Positions 61,252 through 64,000 of a stretch of 64,000 bases of DNA are shown here, in pieces. The notes beneath the pieces were generated by a model. It saw only the letters and a list, made by a program, of their open reading frames with translations, was not told the origin of the DNA and made no database searches. Positions within the stretch are counted from its first letter, which is position 1; the number at the start of each line of letters is the position of its first letter. This DNA is from Lophium mytilinum (Eukaryota): NCBI GenBank assembly GCA_010093605.1, contig MU004184.1:816801-880800 (forward strand), given 5' to 3'. A program made the position numbers and the translations under genes.

Positions 61252-63410
61252 TCAAAGCCCCCACTCCCATACGCCGTCGTTGTATTTAGCCCTCTTGCTT
61301 GCGAGCGGGCTGAACGACGACAGAGAGCTGAGGGCCGGTGCGGATTTGTCAACCGCCCCCCTCGTGTCCAAGAAGCCGAATCCTGGCGCCGCTACTGAGG
61401 GCTCTCTGCAAGGCTGAGAGCCTCCTCCATTGCCCCGGAGACTCGTGTCTGCCAACAACGGAATCATTTCCTCGTAGTCTGCTGCATTTCCGTGGGTTCC
61501 GTCTGGAACCCCTAAGCCGTCGGCAGAAGACAGTGAACTCCCCATTTCATCTCTGAGAACCTTCACCTGCGCTTTGAACTCCTTCCAGAGCTCGTACTTG
61601 TCCAGTGGATCGTCTCCATCATCATCTCCGTCATCGTCGCTTCCATCTCCCATGGTGCGGTTGCGAGCGAGTTCAAGGAGGGTGGCCACGAACGCCTCCT
61701 TGAGGTACGCAAAGCTGAAGTCGTCCGTGATCTCAGCGATGGACGTGGTGAGTTTCTTAGGGAACTCAATGGCGGGCTTGTTCTTCAGCTTCTGGCGCCA
61801 ATACTCGGCATACAAAGCCCGTTCATCTTTGTTGGGACGTGGGAATAGATACAACCTGTCGAACCTGCTGGGTCTCTTGGACAACCCAGGGTCGAGTTGG
61901 TCCACTGATTGACAAGTCAGGTAAAAATGACCAGTTTGTTGTGCCGGAGAGCTTACAATGGTTGGTCGTAGCAATCATCAGAATGCCTGAAACTCTGGTT
62001 AGATTAAGTATTTCAGTTCGAGTCTTGGGGTTGCTTACCATCATTGTTCTCCAATCCATCGACTTCGTTGAAGAAATACGACTGCAATCGGTTATTTCAT
62101 GCTCAAAAAGACTGAAGTGCATTTCAATCGTACCCTAGTAGCTTGCGTGACGACTGGACGATGTAAGCAATGATTCTCATTCAAGTCGGAGTTTTCTGCA
62201 TCTTCTTACCAGTGTCGATATCCTCAAAAATCAGCAGGCACGGTGTCATGGACCTTGCCATTTGGAAAACAGCCCGGATGTTATAACTGTAAGGGGCGCT
62301 CTTGACATACAAAGACACTACCGGAGAGTCTCGATGATACAAAGTCCGCATCAGAGCTGTATTCCACGTTAGCCATTAACAGTTCCTCGCGTGGTGGGCT
62401 CGCCAAGTGGAAGTGTACCCTTGAGAGAAATTGTTTTGCCATTTCCGACTGTCAATTGTCAGTGATAGATCATTAAGGCTCTTCGACCAAATTGCATTAC
62501 CTGGGCCGTGGAAAATCAATCCTGAGACATATCAGCATTAAAGTTCGGACGTGCTCAGTTTGCAGGGTCTTACCGCGCTTCCAGGGAACGCCGAATTCAT
62601 CATAGATGTCCTTGCCTAAGGAGAAGGTCAACATAGGCCCGAATCTATCCGGAGATGAGCTTACTGTCGAAGAACTTTCCAGTGACCTCTTTCAAGGCTT
62701 TCTTCATCTTCGGATCCAGAATAACGTCATCCCAGCTGCTTTTCTCAACCGACTCCCAGAGCTTAGCATCTCTCCTCCAAAAGCCATCGTACACATAGAT
62801 GGCAGGCTCCTCCTTAGTGAGCCAGGCTCCGATGGAACTGAGGAGAGCGTCGGTGATGGCGGAGTTGCTGTACGTGGTTTCGTCGCCAACCGGTCCAGTG
62901 AGCACATACTGCACTTTTCCGTACCCGATAGTCACATTGTAGAGAATGAAGCTATGACTGTTCCACTCATAGTTGTACTTTGCGAAGAAGATTGCGTCCG
63001 CAAGATGTCCAGAGCCACCTAGATTGTATTTAAGTACTGATAGAGCTCAAACATCATGGACTGTGATCTCAAGTACCTCGATGGGACGGTCCTACGAATC
63101 CGCGCCAGCGCAAGACAGACTCGTTCTCTTTGTCAAGGTGAGCAGTGGCATAGCCGGCAGCAACCTGTAGCAAGTAAGATGATTGTGTAAGTGCAACAGT
63201 GGGACCTTGAGCGCCTACAAATTGAAGAAGGTTGCAGTTTGAGGAAGGCACGCTTGTGACACAGAGCTCGGGGTACTTGGCTCGGAGGGCTGAAGTAATT
63301 TGAACATCGATATCAGTCGCCTTGCCTGAGTTGAATTTTTGGAACTCATCGAAGAGCTGAGGCTGTTTGTCATCTTTCTCAAGGAAAGTGAAGGCCTCAG
63401 AGGTAGACAT
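61252..63410 (-). CDS. AAA+ ATPase of unknown function (about 11 exons)
   Basis: Reassembled across 10 GT-AG introns: SWDDVILD, GVPWKRGLIFHGPVGNGKTISLKA (Walker A), PCLLIFEDID (Walker B), SYFFNEVDG, MIATTNHLDQLDPGLSKRPSRFDR. Confidence 0.9.
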
Positions 63411-64000
63411 GATGGGGTGAATTTAGATGACTTGAAGTCGAGGTTGGGAAAGTGATGTATAGATACGATCAGGACTAGATTGTAATTGTAGGTGACTGGG
63501 CAATGAATGCACTAAATACTAGCTCCAGGCAACACTCGGCGAAGGAGCGCTTTCCTTGGAGATGATGTAGGAATGTCTTAAATGAAGCCAGTTGTCAGGA
63601 CTTCTACCGAGCTAGTCACGTCTTTATGTAGTCTCGCTCGTTGATCTGCGCCCTAAGCCCCGCCCCTCAACTCACTGCGCCGCGATGGAGTTCTCAGGGC
63701 TGTCGGGAGTTTGCCGGGGCCGCTGTGTTACTCTGAAACAGGTCGGACGTCATGCACAACCCCTGGACTGCGGGTGAGGAACGACGCTGAATGTATTTTT
63801 GGACGTATGATATCTGGGGAATCGGTTGCAAGGCTGAGCCTTTTGCTTATCGCTATGTGGCTTGCTTCAGCCCATCAATAACAAAATCTGAAACAGCTGT
63901 AATCTCTCAAAAGTGCGAAGCAGACTGGTCTTAAAGGGCTATGAGGAGCTTGTTGCTGCAGAGAGGCCTACGCAGTGGCGAAGCTTGTGTACAAACAAAT

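Overview
Gene-dense genomic DNA from a filamentous ascomycete (Pezizomycotina-type genes, short GT-AG introns with CTRAY branch sites), with about 23 protein-coding loci. They include molybdenum cofactor sulfurase, mitochondrial MetRS, MSH3, a THOC5-like protein, SGF11, cytosolic TyrRS, a Yor1-like ABC-C transporter, two Zn2Cys6 transcription factors and an AAA ATPase. The most striking locus is an alpha-factor-like pheromone precursor at 15929-17009 (-). A predicted 361-nt GT-AG intron (16858-16498) itself encodes four KFWGCHLPGQSCS peptide repeats plus a stop. Splicing it out joins exon 1 in frame to a second array of seven (R/G)PPAGCHLPGQSCS-type repeats that the ORF track misses. One gene could therefore make two different Kex2/Ste13-processed peptide classes by intron retention versus splicing. 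Its promoter carries six co-oriented TCAATA[A/G] motifs resembling alpha-box (MAT1-1-1) sites. Other lesions: a clean 342-bp inversion (36654-36995) of the catalytic core of an astacin metalloprotease gene, a 1-bp frameshift in the neighbouring membrane-protein gene, and a 4-bp duplication frameshift in a Ser/Pro-rich gene. No RNA genes, CRISPR arrays or recognisable transposons were seen. All splice calls were read by eye and need RNA confirmation.
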